Below, one piece after another: positions 28,002-37,816 of a stretch of 64,000 nt of DNA; positions within the stretch are counted from its first letter, which is position 1, and every line of letters starts with the position of its first letter. The position numbers were made by a program, and so were the translations under genes. The stretch comes from Patescibacteria group bacterium (GTDB lineage Bacteria > Patescibacteriota > Minisyncoccia > Phycocordibacterales > JAKAEA01). The notes below the pieces were generated by a model. The model was not told the origin of the DNA. It searched no databases and saw only the letters and a list, made by a program, of their open reading frames with translations. The stretch spans positions 381,857 to 445,856 of the forward strand of contig JAZKCY010000001.1 of assembly GCA_040387855.1 (NCBI GenBank), in the 5' to 3' direction.

Positions 28002-29540
28002 ATGACGGACACTGAATTACAGGCACAAGCAGCACATGCACAAGGTTTAGCATACTTAGAAAAAGGTATGTTTGGTGAGGCACTATTTCATCTAAAAAAA
28101 GCAATTACATTAGTCCCTAATTATTTAGAAGCACACAACACTTTGGGGCGAGCCTATAATGAAACAGGTGACTTCGAGTTGTCTATACAAACATGTCTCC
28201 ATATACTAAGTCAAAATCCACAGGCATATTTTGTGTTACAAAATATTGCTAAATCGTATGGAGAAATGGGACGACACGCTGAAGCACTGTCGTATTATTA
28301 CAGGTATATCGCTCTTAGTCCTACTGCGGCTACAGCCTACAGTGACCTTTTTTTAACACTAAATTATCTACCAATGTCGCGTGAAGCAATGTTTGTAGAA
28401 CATTATAAGTTTCATATATTTGATAAAAATAATACAAATAGTAACTATCTGTATCAGAAAAATATTCATGATAGTAGTAAAAGAAAAATCAAAGTTGGTT
28501 ATGTTTCAGGGGATTTAAGAGAGCATCCTGTAGCGCATCTTTTTGTTCCTGTTATAAAAAATCATGACAGATCAAAATTCAATATTCATATCTATAATAA
28601 TACGCATAGTCAAGATGATGTTACCAAGAAAATAAAGAATTATGGTGATACCTGGCGCGATATACAAGCACTTTCGCATGAAGATACACTAGAACTCATT
28701 AGGTCAGATAATTTAGATATTCTTGTGGATTTATCTGGACATACTGGCAGTAATAGACTTTTGATTTTTGCAGCTCGGGCTGCTCCAATACAGGTAGCGT
28801 GGTTGGGATATATGAATACTACGGGTCTTAAAAATATGGATTATAGAATTACAGATTTTAATTTGTCAGTACCTGATTCTGAAAAATACTATACTGAAAA
28901 GTTATGGCGAGTTACAAATTCTTTTACGTTCGATCCACTTATGGAGTTGCCTGATATCGATGATTTACCAGCTTTAAAAAATGGGTTTATAACATTTGCC
29001 TCATTAAATAATTATAAAAAGATTACTTCTCATGTTTATGATGTATGGGCAGATATTTTAAGAAAGATACCAACATCACGCTTGGTATTTTCGCTCAAGG
29101 GTAATGACACGCTTAAACAGTCGGTACTTACAAAATTTGAACTAAGAGGTATTAGTTCAGATCGAATTAAAATAATTGATCAAAAATTGATTGAAGATTA
29201 TGTGAAATTTTTCAATGATATAGATATATTATTAGATCCATTTCCATTTACAGGGTGTATTACTGTATTTCATGGTCTGTGGGGTGGAGTGCCATCTATC
29301 GTTATGGAAGGAGTAACAGAATATGAGCGTAACGGTCCAACTGTTATGAAAAAAGTTGGATTAGATTCATGTATTGCACATAATCCTCAAGAATATGTAG
29401 ATATCGCAGTTTATTGGGCAAGTCATTTTGATGAATTGGCTGAATTGCGTAAAAAAATGCGTGAAAAGTTCCCTAAAAATGAGGATAAACTAGTAACAAA
29501 AGGCATTGAAGACGCATTTATAAAAATGTATAATAGATAG
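28002..29540 (+). CDS. TPR-repeat protein fused to a GT41 (O-GlcNAc-transferase-like) glycosyltransferase domain
   Basis: N-terminal TPRs. The C-terminal KIKVGYVSGDLREHPVAHLFVPV...NIHIYN block matches the OGT/GT41 catalytic-domain signature (LRVGYVSSDF.NHPTSHLM). Confidence 0.65.
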   Translation: MTDTELQAQAAHAQGLAYLEKGMFGEALFHLKKAITLVPNYLEAHNTLGRAYNETGDFELSIQTCLHILSQNPQAYFVLQNIAKSYGEMGRHAEALSYYYRYIALSPTAATAYSDLFLTLNYLPMSREAMFVEHYKFHIFDKNNTNSNYLYQKNIHDSSKRKIKVGYVSGDLREHPVAHLFVPVIKNHDRSKFNIHIYNNTHSQDDVTKKIKNYGDTWRDIQALSHEDTLELIRSDNLDILVDLSGHTGSNRLLIFAARAAPIQVAWLGYMNTTGLKNMDYRITDFNLSVPDSEKYYTEKLWRVTNSFTFDPLMELPDIDDLPALKNGFITFASLNNYKKITSHVYDVWADILRKIPTSRLVFSLKGNDTLKQSVLTKFELRGISSDRIKIIDQKLIEDYVKFFNDIDILLDPFPFTGCITVFHGLWGGVPSIVMEGVTEYERNGPTVMKKVGLDSCIAHNPQEYVDIAVYWASHFDELAELRKKMREKFPKNEDKLVTKGIEDAFIKMYNR

Positions 29541-29545
29541 TATCT

Positions 29546-29938
29546 ATGGCTATAAATGTATCGCGTAATCGAATTGACTTTAATGATATTCGTGCGGAGT
29601 CTGCTGAATTTAGAGACAGTGCAGAAAGTGTAAATGCAATTGGTAGTGCGTCAGGTGCTGAGGCAATTGATTATTCACTGGGCAATGTCGTAACAGCAAC
29701 AACAACTGGTGCAACTGTCTGGTCTGTGACAAATCCACCTGCATCAGGAAAAGCTGGGAGTTTTACCCTTATTCTTACAAACGGCGGTAGCCAGACTCAA
29801 ACATGGATGAGTGGTACAAAATGGCCAAGTGGAGCAGCGCCAACACTTACTTCGTCAGGGATAGATATACTTACCTTTTTTACGGTTGATGCTGGTACTA
29901 CATGGTATGGAGTGTTGGCAATGAGTGCTATGGCTTAA
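29546..29938 (+). CDS. Hypothetical Thr/Gly-rich protein
   Basis: 130-aa ORF, tightly spaced within the operon. No domain recognised. Confidence 0.35.
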   Translation: MAINVSRNRIDFNDIRAESAEFRDSAESVNAIGSASGAEAIDYSLGNVVTATTTGATVWSVTNPPASGKAGSFTLILTNGGSQTQTWMSGTKWPSGAAPTLTSSGIDILTFFTVDAGTTWYGVLAMSAMA

Positions 29939-29979
29939 TATTTTTTGATTATTGCACTATGTTTGGACTAGGAGCAAAA

Positions 29980-32900
29980 ATGAGAGCAATTCAACAAACG
30001 GTTGTAGCTATTATTGATAATAGTTATCTTTTTGGTTGGGGGAAAAATACTTCCGGTCAAATTGGTAATAGCTCATTAACGAGTCAATCAAGTCCTGTTG
30101 GTCTAGGTACAACTTCTGATTGGAAAATGCTCTCTGGAGCATACACATTTTCGGCGGGAATCAAGACAAATGGGACACTATGGACATGGGGCGCTGGGAT
30201 ATTCGGAACTTTGGGGGATAATACAGATTCAGTTGCAAAATCAAGTCCAATTCAAGTTGGAACACTCAGTGATTGGGATACTGTTAGTACAGCAAAATTT
30301 CATGCTTTAGCTCGTAAAACAAATGGAACGATCTGGGGATGGGGGTTTAATGGTGGTGGTCAACTTGGCCAAAATAATATTACAGATAGATCAAGCCCAG
30401 TTCAGATTGGGACTTTAGGTACTTGGACCCATATTTTTACCGGTGGTCAAATATCAGGTGCGCGAAAAAGTGATGGAACACTGTGGTCATGGGGCCGAAA
30501 CACCTATGGGGCACTTGGAATCAATGCTGCAGGAGATAGATCAAGTCCTATTCAAATTGGAACTTTGACAACATGGGATCATATGTCTTTCGGATACCGA
30601 ACTGGATTGGCAAGAAAAACCGATGGTACCATTTGGGGATGGGGCAATAACAATCTTGGACAAATTGGTAACAGTACGGTTGTTAACAGATCAAGCCCTG
30701 GACAAATCGGTACTCTTACAACCTGGAGTAGTATTCATGCAGGGAACTTACATGGTATAGGCCGAAGGTCAGATGGTACATTGTGGGGTTGGGGTTGGGC
30801 TGGAAAAGTTGGAGATAATACTGCAACCAATAAATCAAGTCCAGTACAAATTGGAACATTAAGCTCATGGCTACATGTCGCTACTGGTTATGACCACACA
30901 CTGGCAAAAAGATCAGATGGAACTATTTGGAGTTGGGGATATGCTACATACGGTCGTTTGGGGGATAATGCCACTACTGATAGATCGAGTCCTGTGCAAA
31001 TTGGAACACTAACAGAATGGGATTCCATTTTTGCAGGGAGCAGTTCTCATTCTTCGTTTGCTTTAAAAAGATATAATCTAGGTATGTTTGCATGGGGAGT
31101 AGGTTCCCTCGGTCAAATAGGAAATAATGATGTAAGTCAACAAGATAGTCCGTTACAAGTGGGTACACTCACTTCATGGGAGGGTGTAGCTGTTGGTGCT
31201 AGTACCGTGCATGCATGGAAATCAGATGGAACACTGTGGACATGGGGTAGAAACTCATACGGTCGTTTGGGAGATAACACAACCACGAACAGATCAAGTC
31301 CAGTCCAAATTGGTACCCTTAATGTATGGAAAATGGCAGCTTCAGGTACAGGCCACTCAAGTGCTGTAAGAACTAACGGAACATTGTGGTCATGGGGATC
31401 TGGTGCAAACGGAGAAATGGGAGATAACACAGCAATTTCTAAATCAAGTCCAGTACAAGTAGGAACACTCTCAATTTGGGCAGAAACGTCCGCAGGAAGT
31501 ACATTCACCGTTGCGCGTCGAACAAATAATACTATTTGGTCATGGGGTAGTAACTTGTATGGTCGTTTGGGTCAAAGCACTACTACAAATAGATCTAGTC
31601 CAGTGCAAATTGGAACATTAAGTAACTGGTCTGGTATTTCTGCAGGAGGCCAACATGCACTAGGAATAAAAACTGACGGTGGTATTTGGGCATGGGGTCT
31701 GAACACCTCTGGACAAATGGGAGATAATACTGCTGTTACAAAATCAAGTCCTGTTCGTATTGGGACTCTTACAAACTGGAAAGGTATTTCAGCGGGTGCA
31801 TCTCACAATGTTGCGTGGAAAACTGACGGATCATTATGGGCATGGGGAATAAATACAAACGGAAGATTGGGAGATAATACTACTACAACCAGATCAAGTC
31901 CTGTGCGTATTGGGACTTTATCTGATTGGGCTTCAGCTTCTGCCCAACTAGAGCATACTATTGCTCGAAAGACAGACGGTACGCTATGGGCCTGGGGAAA
32001 GGGAGACTATGGTCAGCTTGGAGATGGAATTGCACGACTTAAGAACACACCACTTCAAATCGGTACGCTAACAAACTGGGGAACTGTATCTATGGGAGCC
32101 TCACACACCGTTGCATGGAAAACAAATAATACTATTTGGGGATGGGGAATTGGGGGCCAAGTGGGAGACAATACCGCTGTTACAAGATCAAGCCCCGTAC
32201 AAATTGGAACGCTATCTACATGGCAATCTATTGATACTGGTGATTCACATACTGTAGCTATAAAGACTGACGGTACAATGTGGGCATGGGGAGCAAACAC
32301 GTCAGGCCAAGTAGGAGACAATACGAATGTTACAAAATCAAGTCCTGTACAGATTGGAACTTTAAACACATGGGCAAGTGTGTCGGCTGGAAATATTCAC
32401 TCTATTGCTCGAAAAACAGATAGTAGTATTTGGTCATGGGGACTTGGAAGTGTGGGTGCACTTGGAGATAATACAGCCACTACCAAATCAAGCCCGGTAC
32501 GAATTGGTACACTTAATACCTGGGCAAGTGTGACTGCTGGTGGAAACCACTCTCATGCAATAAAAGCTGATGGATCATTGTGGTCATGGGGTTACAATTT
32601 TTATGGGCAATTAGGCGATAGTTCAAATGTGGCTAAATCAAGTCCTGTTCGAGTTGGTACGCTCAATGATTGGTCAATTGTATCAGCAGGAATTCAGCAT
32701 TCATTAGCAATCAAAACAAACGGGACATTGTGGGCATGGGGATTTGGAACTTCCGGACAGCTTGGAGATAATACGGGTGGAACCTTCTCAAGTCCAATTC
32801 AAATTGGTACGCTCACTACTTGGGCTGGGGTGTCTGCAGGTGCAGAACACTCTCTTGGATGGAAAGCTGATGGAACTTTGTGGGCCTGGGGCTACAATGC

Positions 32901-33174
32901 ATCCGGACAATTGGGAGACGGTACATTTACTCAATATCTTAGTCCTATTCAAGTTGGTACGGTTTCTACATGGAGTACTGCTTCAGCTGGACCAAACCAC
33001 AGTGGTGCTGTGAGAGCCGATGGGACATTATGGATGTGGGGAACTCGTCTTAATGGTAGAATCGGAGATAACAACATGCCGGGTAAATCGAGCCCAATTA
33101 AAATAGGTACCATGAACGATTGGCGTACATTGGGTAACGGTCCAAATGGACTGATGAGTATTTCAATTAAATAA
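29980..33174 (+). CDS. RCC1/BLIP-II-type beta-propeller repeat protein (about 20 repeats), no signal peptide
   Basis: About 50-aa repeats (GTLWxWGxNxxGQLGDNTxxxxSSPVQIGTLxxW) occur at regular intervals. ATG at 29980 is preceded by AGGAG. The track's longer version starts at 29902. Confidence 0.7.
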   Translation: MRAIQQTVVAIIDNSYLFGWGKNTSGQIGNSSLTSQSSPVGLGTTSDWKMLSGAYTFSAGIKTNGTLWTWGAGIFGTLGDNTDSVAKSSPIQVGTLSDWDTVSTAKFHALARKTNGTIWGWGFNGGGQLGQNNITDRSSPVQIGTLGTWTHIFTGGQISGARKSDGTLWSWGRNTYGALGINAAGDRSSPIQIGTLTTWDHMSFGYRTGLARKTDGTIWGWGNNNLGQIGNSTVVNRSSPGQIGTLTTWSSIHAGNLHGIGRRSDGTLWGWGWAGKVGDNTATNKSSPVQIGTLSSWLHVATGYDHTLAKRSDGTIWSWGYATYGRLGDNATTDRSSPVQIGTLTEWDSIFAGSSSHSSFALKRYNLGMFAWGVGSLGQIGNNDVSQQDSPLQVGTLTSWEGVAVGASTVHAWKSDGTLWTWGRNSYGRLGDNTTTNRSSPVQIGTLNVWKMAASGTGHSSAVRTNGTLWSWGSGANGEMGDNTAISKSSPVQVGTLSIWAETSAGSTFTVARRTNNTIWSWGSNLYGRLGQSTTTNRSSPVQIGTLSNWSGISAGGQHALGIKTDGGIWAWGLNTSGQMGDNTAVTKSSPVRIGTLTNWKGISAGASHNVAWKTDGSLWAWGINTNGRLGDNTTTTRSSPVRIGTLSDWASASAQLEHTIARKTDGTLWAWGKGDYGQLGDGIARLKNTPLQIGTLTNWGTVSMGASHTVAWKTNNTIWGWGIGGQVGDNTAVTRSSPVQIGTLSTWQSIDTGDSHTVAIKTDGTMWAWGANTSGQVGDNTNVTKSSPVQIGTLNTWASVSAGNIHSIARKTDSSIWSWGLGSVGALGDNTATTKSSPVRIGTLNTWASVTAGGNHSHAIKADGSLWSWGYNFYGQLGDSSNVAKSSPVRVGTLNDWSIVSAGIQHSLAIKTNGTLWAWGFGTSGQLGDNTGGTFSSPIQIGTLTTWAGVSAGAEHSLGWKADGTLWAWGYNASGQLGDGTFTQYLSPIQVGTVSTWSTASAGPNHSGAVRADGTLWMWGTRLNGRIGDNNMPGKSSPIKIGTMNDWRTLGNGPNGLMSISIK

Positions 33175-33180
33175 TATTTT

Positions 33181-35124
33181 ATGGCAACCCTTACTGAAAT
33201 TCTAGAAATATCTGGAACATTAGAAAAAGCAGAAGAAATAGCTCGGCAATTAGTAGTGCAAGATCCAACATATATGTTGGATCTTCAGCTTATATTGAGC
33301 GCTCGTGGTAAAGTTGCAGAATCTAAAAAAATTATTGAAGATCTGAGTAATAAGTTTCCCAATGATCATAGAATAGCTTTCAACCAAGGATGGCACGTAT
33401 TGAATGAAGGTGATTTACAGCGGGGAATGGAACTCATAGATCGAGGAAGAAATGTGGGGGTATTTGGTTCACCCGCACTTCAAACAGATAAGCCCTTATG
33501 GGATGGGAAAAATGCCAAAGGAAAAACTATTTTACTTCGATGTGAAGGAGGATTGGGAGATGAAATTCTTAATATTCGTTTTGCTAAAGATATAGCAGAG
33601 AGAGGTGGAACAGTTATAGTAGCTTGTGATAAAGGTTTGCAAAGCGTGTTCTCTCGAGTTTCAGGCGTCGCCAAAACTATTTCTTTAGATCACATTCAAG
33701 ATGAGTACTTTGATGCATGGGTACCTGCTATGAGCGCTGTAAGAGTGTGTGGTCACACTTATGAAACACTTCCAAGTGAAGCTTATATTACTGCTTTACC
33801 AGAGAAAATTGCAGAATGGAATAAGACTGTTAATGCTGATAATGGAGTGTTGAAAGTTGGAATACGCTGGTCTGGCAATGCAGAATTTGAACATGAACAA
33901 ATGCGAAGATTCCCTTTCAAGCATATCTTGGATGTATTTGAAACTCCCAATGCTAAATTTTTTAGTTTACAACGTGATTCGGATTTGAAAGTGTTACCTC
34001 CTGAAGTTGTCGATTTAAGTGGTCTTATGAATACATGGGAAGATACAGCAGGAGTTATTGCAAACTTAGATTTAGTAATAACTTCATGTACAAGTGTTGC
34101 TCATATGGCGGCAGCAATGGGCAAAGAAACATGGATTATTGTTCCACTAATGCCATATTATACGTGGGCTATGCCTGGGAATAAAACTCCATGGTATAAA
34201 AGCGTGACGTTGTATAGACAAGAATCAGACACAAACTGGGAAGCCTCATTTATAAAGGTACGACAAGCATTAGAAGAATCGACAACTCAAGTAATACGTA
34301 CTAGTATTGATCCAATGCAAAATCACACAAAAAAGACGCTCCATTTCGTAGCAGGACTACCGCGTTCTGGTAGTACTATGCTCATTAGTTTGCTTGCCCA
34401 AAATCCTACTATTTTCGGTGCACCCGTTTCAGGTTTGGCTGGTATTGTAAACGGAGTAAATACTAATTGGGATAAAATAGAATTTCATAAGGAAGTTCCT
34501 AATGAAGAAGCAAAGATGTATACCTTGCGAGCTATTTTAGATAGCTATCATGCTGCAACATCTAAACCAATTATCCTAGATAAAGAGCGTCATTGGATTC
34601 GTTATATTTTATTGCTTGAAAAGTTATTAGACAGAAAAGTGAAAGTAATTGTTCCTGTTCGTCCTATTGCAGAAATACTCACTTCATTTGAAGTATTGCG
34701 ACAAAAGAATCCATTAACTCTCACAATGGTGGATGAAGTACTTGGTCCGAAATCTACATTATCTACACGTTGTGATTACTTTATGAATGAAGAAGGTCCT
34801 GTAGGGAGTTGTATCAATTATACTCGTGATGCTGTCATTTCCGGCTTGAGTGATCGTTTATTATTTGTGGATTACAATAAATTTATTGCTAATCCCGAGC
34901 GTGATCTAAAACGAATATATAGTTTCTTAGAAATCCCTTATTTTGAGCATGATTTGCATAACATAAAGCAGCTTACTATGAGTGATGATTCAATATGGAA
35001 GTATCCAGGATTACATGATGTTCGATCTGTCGTATCAAAAATCTCTGCTGATCCTATAAGTGTCCTTGGTCCTGAGCTTGTAGCAAAGTTTAGTCAGGGT
35101 GAACCATGGGAAAATTGGACATAA
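33181..35124 (+). CDS. Tri-partite enzyme: TPR-like N-terminus, GT9 (heptosyltransferase-like) glycosyltransferase, and a C-terminal sulfotransferase domain
   Basis: GT9 motifs KTILLRCEGGLGDEI and DLVITSCTSVAHMAAAMGKETWII. The C-terminus has a PAPS-binding-type LPRSGSTML P-loop (5'-PSB) and a downstream basic motif. Confidence 0.6.
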   Translation: MATLTEILEISGTLEKAEEIARQLVVQDPTYMLDLQLILSARGKVAESKKIIEDLSNKFPNDHRIAFNQGWHVLNEGDLQRGMELIDRGRNVGVFGSPALQTDKPLWDGKNAKGKTILLRCEGGLGDEILNIRFAKDIAERGGTVIVACDKGLQSVFSRVSGVAKTISLDHIQDEYFDAWVPAMSAVRVCGHTYETLPSEAYITALPEKIAEWNKTVNADNGVLKVGIRWSGNAEFEHEQMRRFPFKHILDVFETPNAKFFSLQRDSDLKVLPPEVVDLSGLMNTWEDTAGVIANLDLVITSCTSVAHMAAAMGKETWIIVPLMPYYTWAMPGNKTPWYKSVTLYRQESDTNWEASFIKVRQALEESTTQVIRTSIDPMQNHTKKTLHFVAGLPRSGSTMLISLLAQNPTIFGAPVSGLAGIVNGVNTNWDKIEFHKEVPNEEAKMYTLRAILDSYHAATSKPIILDKERHWIRYILLLEKLLDRKVKVIVPVRPIAEILTSFEVLRQKNPLTLTMVDEVLGPKSTLSTRCDYFMNEEGPVGSCINYTRDAVISGLSDRLLFVDYNKFIANPERDLKRIYSFLEIPYFEHDLHNIKQLTMSDDSIWKYPGLHDVRSVVSKISADPISVLGPELVAKFSQGEPWENWT

Positions 35125-35139
35125 TCCAATACGTTAAGT

Positions 35140-36459
35140 ATGAAACATTTCCATACAAATATTCAAGGATGGTTTTTTGCAGAATATTTTTTTGCTGACA
35201 TTGTTAAAAATGCACCTGATGGTGCGCATTTTGTTGAAGTTGGAAGTTGGAAAGGAAAGAGTGCTGTTTTTATGGCAGTTGAGATTGCCAACAGTGGAAA
35301 GCGAATAAAATTTGATTGTATTGACCATTGGAAGGGCTCGAAAGATACATACTTAGAAAACGAAGATCAAGCTGTTAAAGACGGTAATCTTTTTGAGGTT
35401 TTTAAAGAGAATATTGAGCCAGTACAAGAGTACATAAATGCTATCGATGGAGATAGCGCTGCTACAGCTTCACGTTATGCAGACGGATCTCTTGATTTTA
35501 TCTATATAGATGCTGCACATGATTATGAAAGCGTAAAAAGAGATATTAAGGCTTGGTTACCCAAATTAAAGTCAGATGGAGTCATTGCTGGGGATGATTT
35601 TACTGAAGCATTCCCTGGATTAGTTCAAGCTGTGCAAGAAATATTCCCTCAAGGATTATCAGTAATTCACCCTACATGGGTTGTGGATCGACGTACAATA
35701 AATTCAGAACAAGGATGTTCGATAATCTTTAGATGCCATACTGGTGATAATGTTCATGATGGAGTACGATTTGCTGGGGTAAGTAAAACAGAACTTGTTG
35801 TTAAGTGTTTTAAATCTATAGTGTCGGCAGCAGAAATTGTAAACCGTGATATTGAAATTGTGATTGTAGATGATCATTCAGAAAAGAAATGTATTGAAGC
35901 ACTTGAAGATGTGCTAACAACTTCACGACATCCACATAAAATAATTCATGTAACAGACACAGGTAATAAAGCATCGTTACGAGAATCATTCGAATATGCT
36001 CGTGATTATGGTAAAGAGCTTGTTTATTTTGTGGAGGATGATTATTTACACCTCCCTACATCATTACTGGAAATGATCGAGCAACAAACTGAGTTTAAAA
36101 ATAACTTAAACAATAAAGAAGTGGCATTTTATCCCGTTGATTATCCAGATCGATATCAACCTCAAGGAATATATCAATCAATGATAGTTCTTGGCAAACA
36201 CCGTCACTGGAGAACTACTCGACACTCAACACTTACTTTTTTTTCTTCTCGGAAAGCAGTTTTTGAATATTGGGAATTATTTGAAAAAATGTGGCAAGGG
36301 GAGGGTAATTTTGTAGATGAAGATCAAACGGTAAATAAACTGTGGGGTCCAGATATTCAGCTCTTTTCTCCAATTCCAACACTCGCTATTCATATGCAAT
36401 TCGAAGAACACAAACCTCCTTTTGTTGATTGGCAAAAGTATTGGGATGCTATACAGTAA
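35140..36459 (+). CDS. Fusion: class I SAM-dependent methyltransferase (Methyltransf_24/TylF-MycF/CmcI-like) plus GT-A-fold glycosyltransferase domain
   Basis: The N-terminus has VEVGSWKGKSAVFMA and DFIYIDAAHDYESV. The C-terminal ~250 aa (IVIVDDHS...YFVEDDYLH...HW(R)T...LAIHM) is paralogous to 37046..37816 and 37813..38580. Confidence 0.6.
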   Translation: MKHFHTNIQGWFFAEYFFADIVKNAPDGAHFVEVGSWKGKSAVFMAVEIANSGKRIKFDCIDHWKGSKDTYLENEDQAVKDGNLFEVFKENIEPVQEYINAIDGDSAATASRYADGSLDFIYIDAAHDYESVKRDIKAWLPKLKSDGVIAGDDFTEAFPGLVQAVQEIFPQGLSVIHPTWVVDRRTINSEQGCSIIFRCHTGDNVHDGVRFAGVSKTELVVKCFKSIVSAAEIVNRDIEIVIVDDHSEKKCIEALEDVLTTSRHPHKIIHVTDTGNKASLRESFEYARDYGKELVYFVEDDYLHLPTSLLEMIEQQTEFKNNLNNKEVAFYPVDYPDRYQPQGIYQSMIVLGKHRHWRTTRHSTLTFFSSRKAVFEYWELFEKMWQGEGNFVDEDQTVNKLWGPDIQLFSPIPTLAIHMQFEEHKPPFVDWQKYWDAIQ

Positions 36460-36463
36460 CACT

Positions 36464-37033
36464 ATGAAATTAAATCTTGGCTGTGGCTTCAATAAACTGG
36501 ATGGATATATAAATGTAGATAATTCGGCTGTATGTAAGCCTGATCAGGTGTTTGATATAGAATCGACCCCATGGCCTTGGCAAGATAGTTCGATTGACGA
36601 GATCAGATTAGATCATGTTTTGGAGCACATTGGTGTGGACCCAAAAACATATATTTCAGTATGGAAAGAAATATGGCGCGTATCAAAACCCAATGCTCAG
36701 ATTTTTATTCGAGTTCCACACTGGAGGCATGAAAACTTTGCACATGATCCTACACATGTACGTCCTATTACTCCTGTTGGTATTGCCATGTTTGATCAGC
36801 TACGTAACAGGGAAGACGAAAAGCGTGGAGGTCAAGAAACAAAGCTTGGACTTATGTATGCAATAGATGTTGCTATAGAACGTGTTGAATATGTGTTTGT
36901 CCCCGAAATACAGCAAGCTTTAGAAAAGAAATTTATATCTCAAGAAAAAGCTTCTTCACTTATGGAACATGAAAATAATGTATGTCAGGAAATTAAAATC
37001 GGTGTGCGAGTTATGAAGCCTTGTCGAGGCTAG
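36464..37033 (+). CDS. Class I SAM-dependent methyltransferase (Methyltransf_11-like)
   Basis: MKLNLGCGFNKLDGYINVD is the glycine-rich SAM-binding motif I. Confidence 0.6.
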   Translation: MKLNLGCGFNKLDGYINVDNSAVCKPDQVFDIESTPWPWQDSSIDEIRLDHVLEHIGVDPKTYISVWKEIWRVSKPNAQIFIRVPHWRHENFAHDPTHVRPITPVGIAMFDQLRNREDEKRGGQETKLGLMYAIDVAIERVEYVFVPEIQQALEKKFISQEKASSLMEHENNVCQEIKIGVRVMKPCRG

Positions 37034-37045
37034 CATCGATAAACT

Positions 37046-37816
37046 ATGAAATTAGATATTATTTTACGGACACATTCTTTAGGTAATGTGCATCCAGAAA
37101 AAAGAGTAATGACGGATTCTAAGGAAGAAATGCTTATTAAATGTGTTTTTTCTTTAATAAAATCAATAGATACTATCAAAGGTGCTCATGATATAAAGCT
37201 AGCAATAATAGATGATCACTCTTCTGAATTATGTATGCAGAAGCTTAAAAAAATGGTGAGTGATCTTAAATATCCCTATATATTAATACATCTTGAAGAT
37301 ACGGGAAATAATGCTTCTTTAAAAAAGTGTTATGAATATGCGCATGATAATGCGCGTGATGTTATTTATTTTGTAGAGGATGATTATCTACATAATCCGA
37401 GCGCTCTAGTAGAGATGATTGAATCATATGAGCTGTTCCAATCCAATTTAGGGGGAACAGATATCGCATTATTGCCGTATGATGATCCCGATAATTATAA
37501 ACCAGGTTGGATTCATCCCAGCCGAATAGTATTGAGCAAAAATCGCTATTGGAGAACAAATACAATTACAAATGGTACCTTCATGATATCAAAGAAAGTA
37601 CTATTGGATTTTTGGGATACATTTATGGCATTTACTCAATATGGTACAGGTTTGAAGTCTAATGAATCTGCAACAATAAATAAAATTTGGAGTGAGTCTG
37701 TTCGCCTTTTTACTCCTATGCCAAGCTTGGCAATTCATATGCATCATACATTGAGAATGTCTCCATTTATTGATTGGAAAAGTTTGTGGGATTCAATGGA
37801 TACATCACATTTATGA
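37046..37816 (+). CDS. GT-A-fold glycosyltransferase (DXD = EDDY), tandem paralog 2
   Basis: MKLDIILRTHS...IIDDHS...YFVEDDYLH...RYWRTN...LAIHMH. Its TGA overlaps the next gene's start (ATGA). Confidence 0.55.
   Translation: MKLDIILRTHSLGNVHPEKRVMTDSKEEMLIKCVFSLIKSIDTIKGAHDIKLAIIDDHSSELCMQKLKKMVSDLKYPYILIHLEDTGNNASLKKCYEYAHDNARDVIYFVEDDYLHNPSALVEMIESYELFQSNLGGTDIALLPYDDPDNYKPGWIHPSRIVLSKNRYWRTNTITNGTFMISKKVLLDFWDTFMAFTQYGTGLKSNESATINKIWSESVRLFTPMPSLAIHMHHTLRMSPFIDWKSLWDSMDTSHL

Noticed and set aside
30974-32369. Minus-strand ORFs (64, 123 and 104 aa) inside the RCC1 repeat gene
   Set aside because: Antisense frames of a highly repetitive gene. Pro/Val/Leu-rich. No independent support.
36615-36866. 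83-aa plus-strand ORF inside the methyltransferase gene
   Set aside because: Alternative frame within 36464..37033. Low-complexity Leu-rich.
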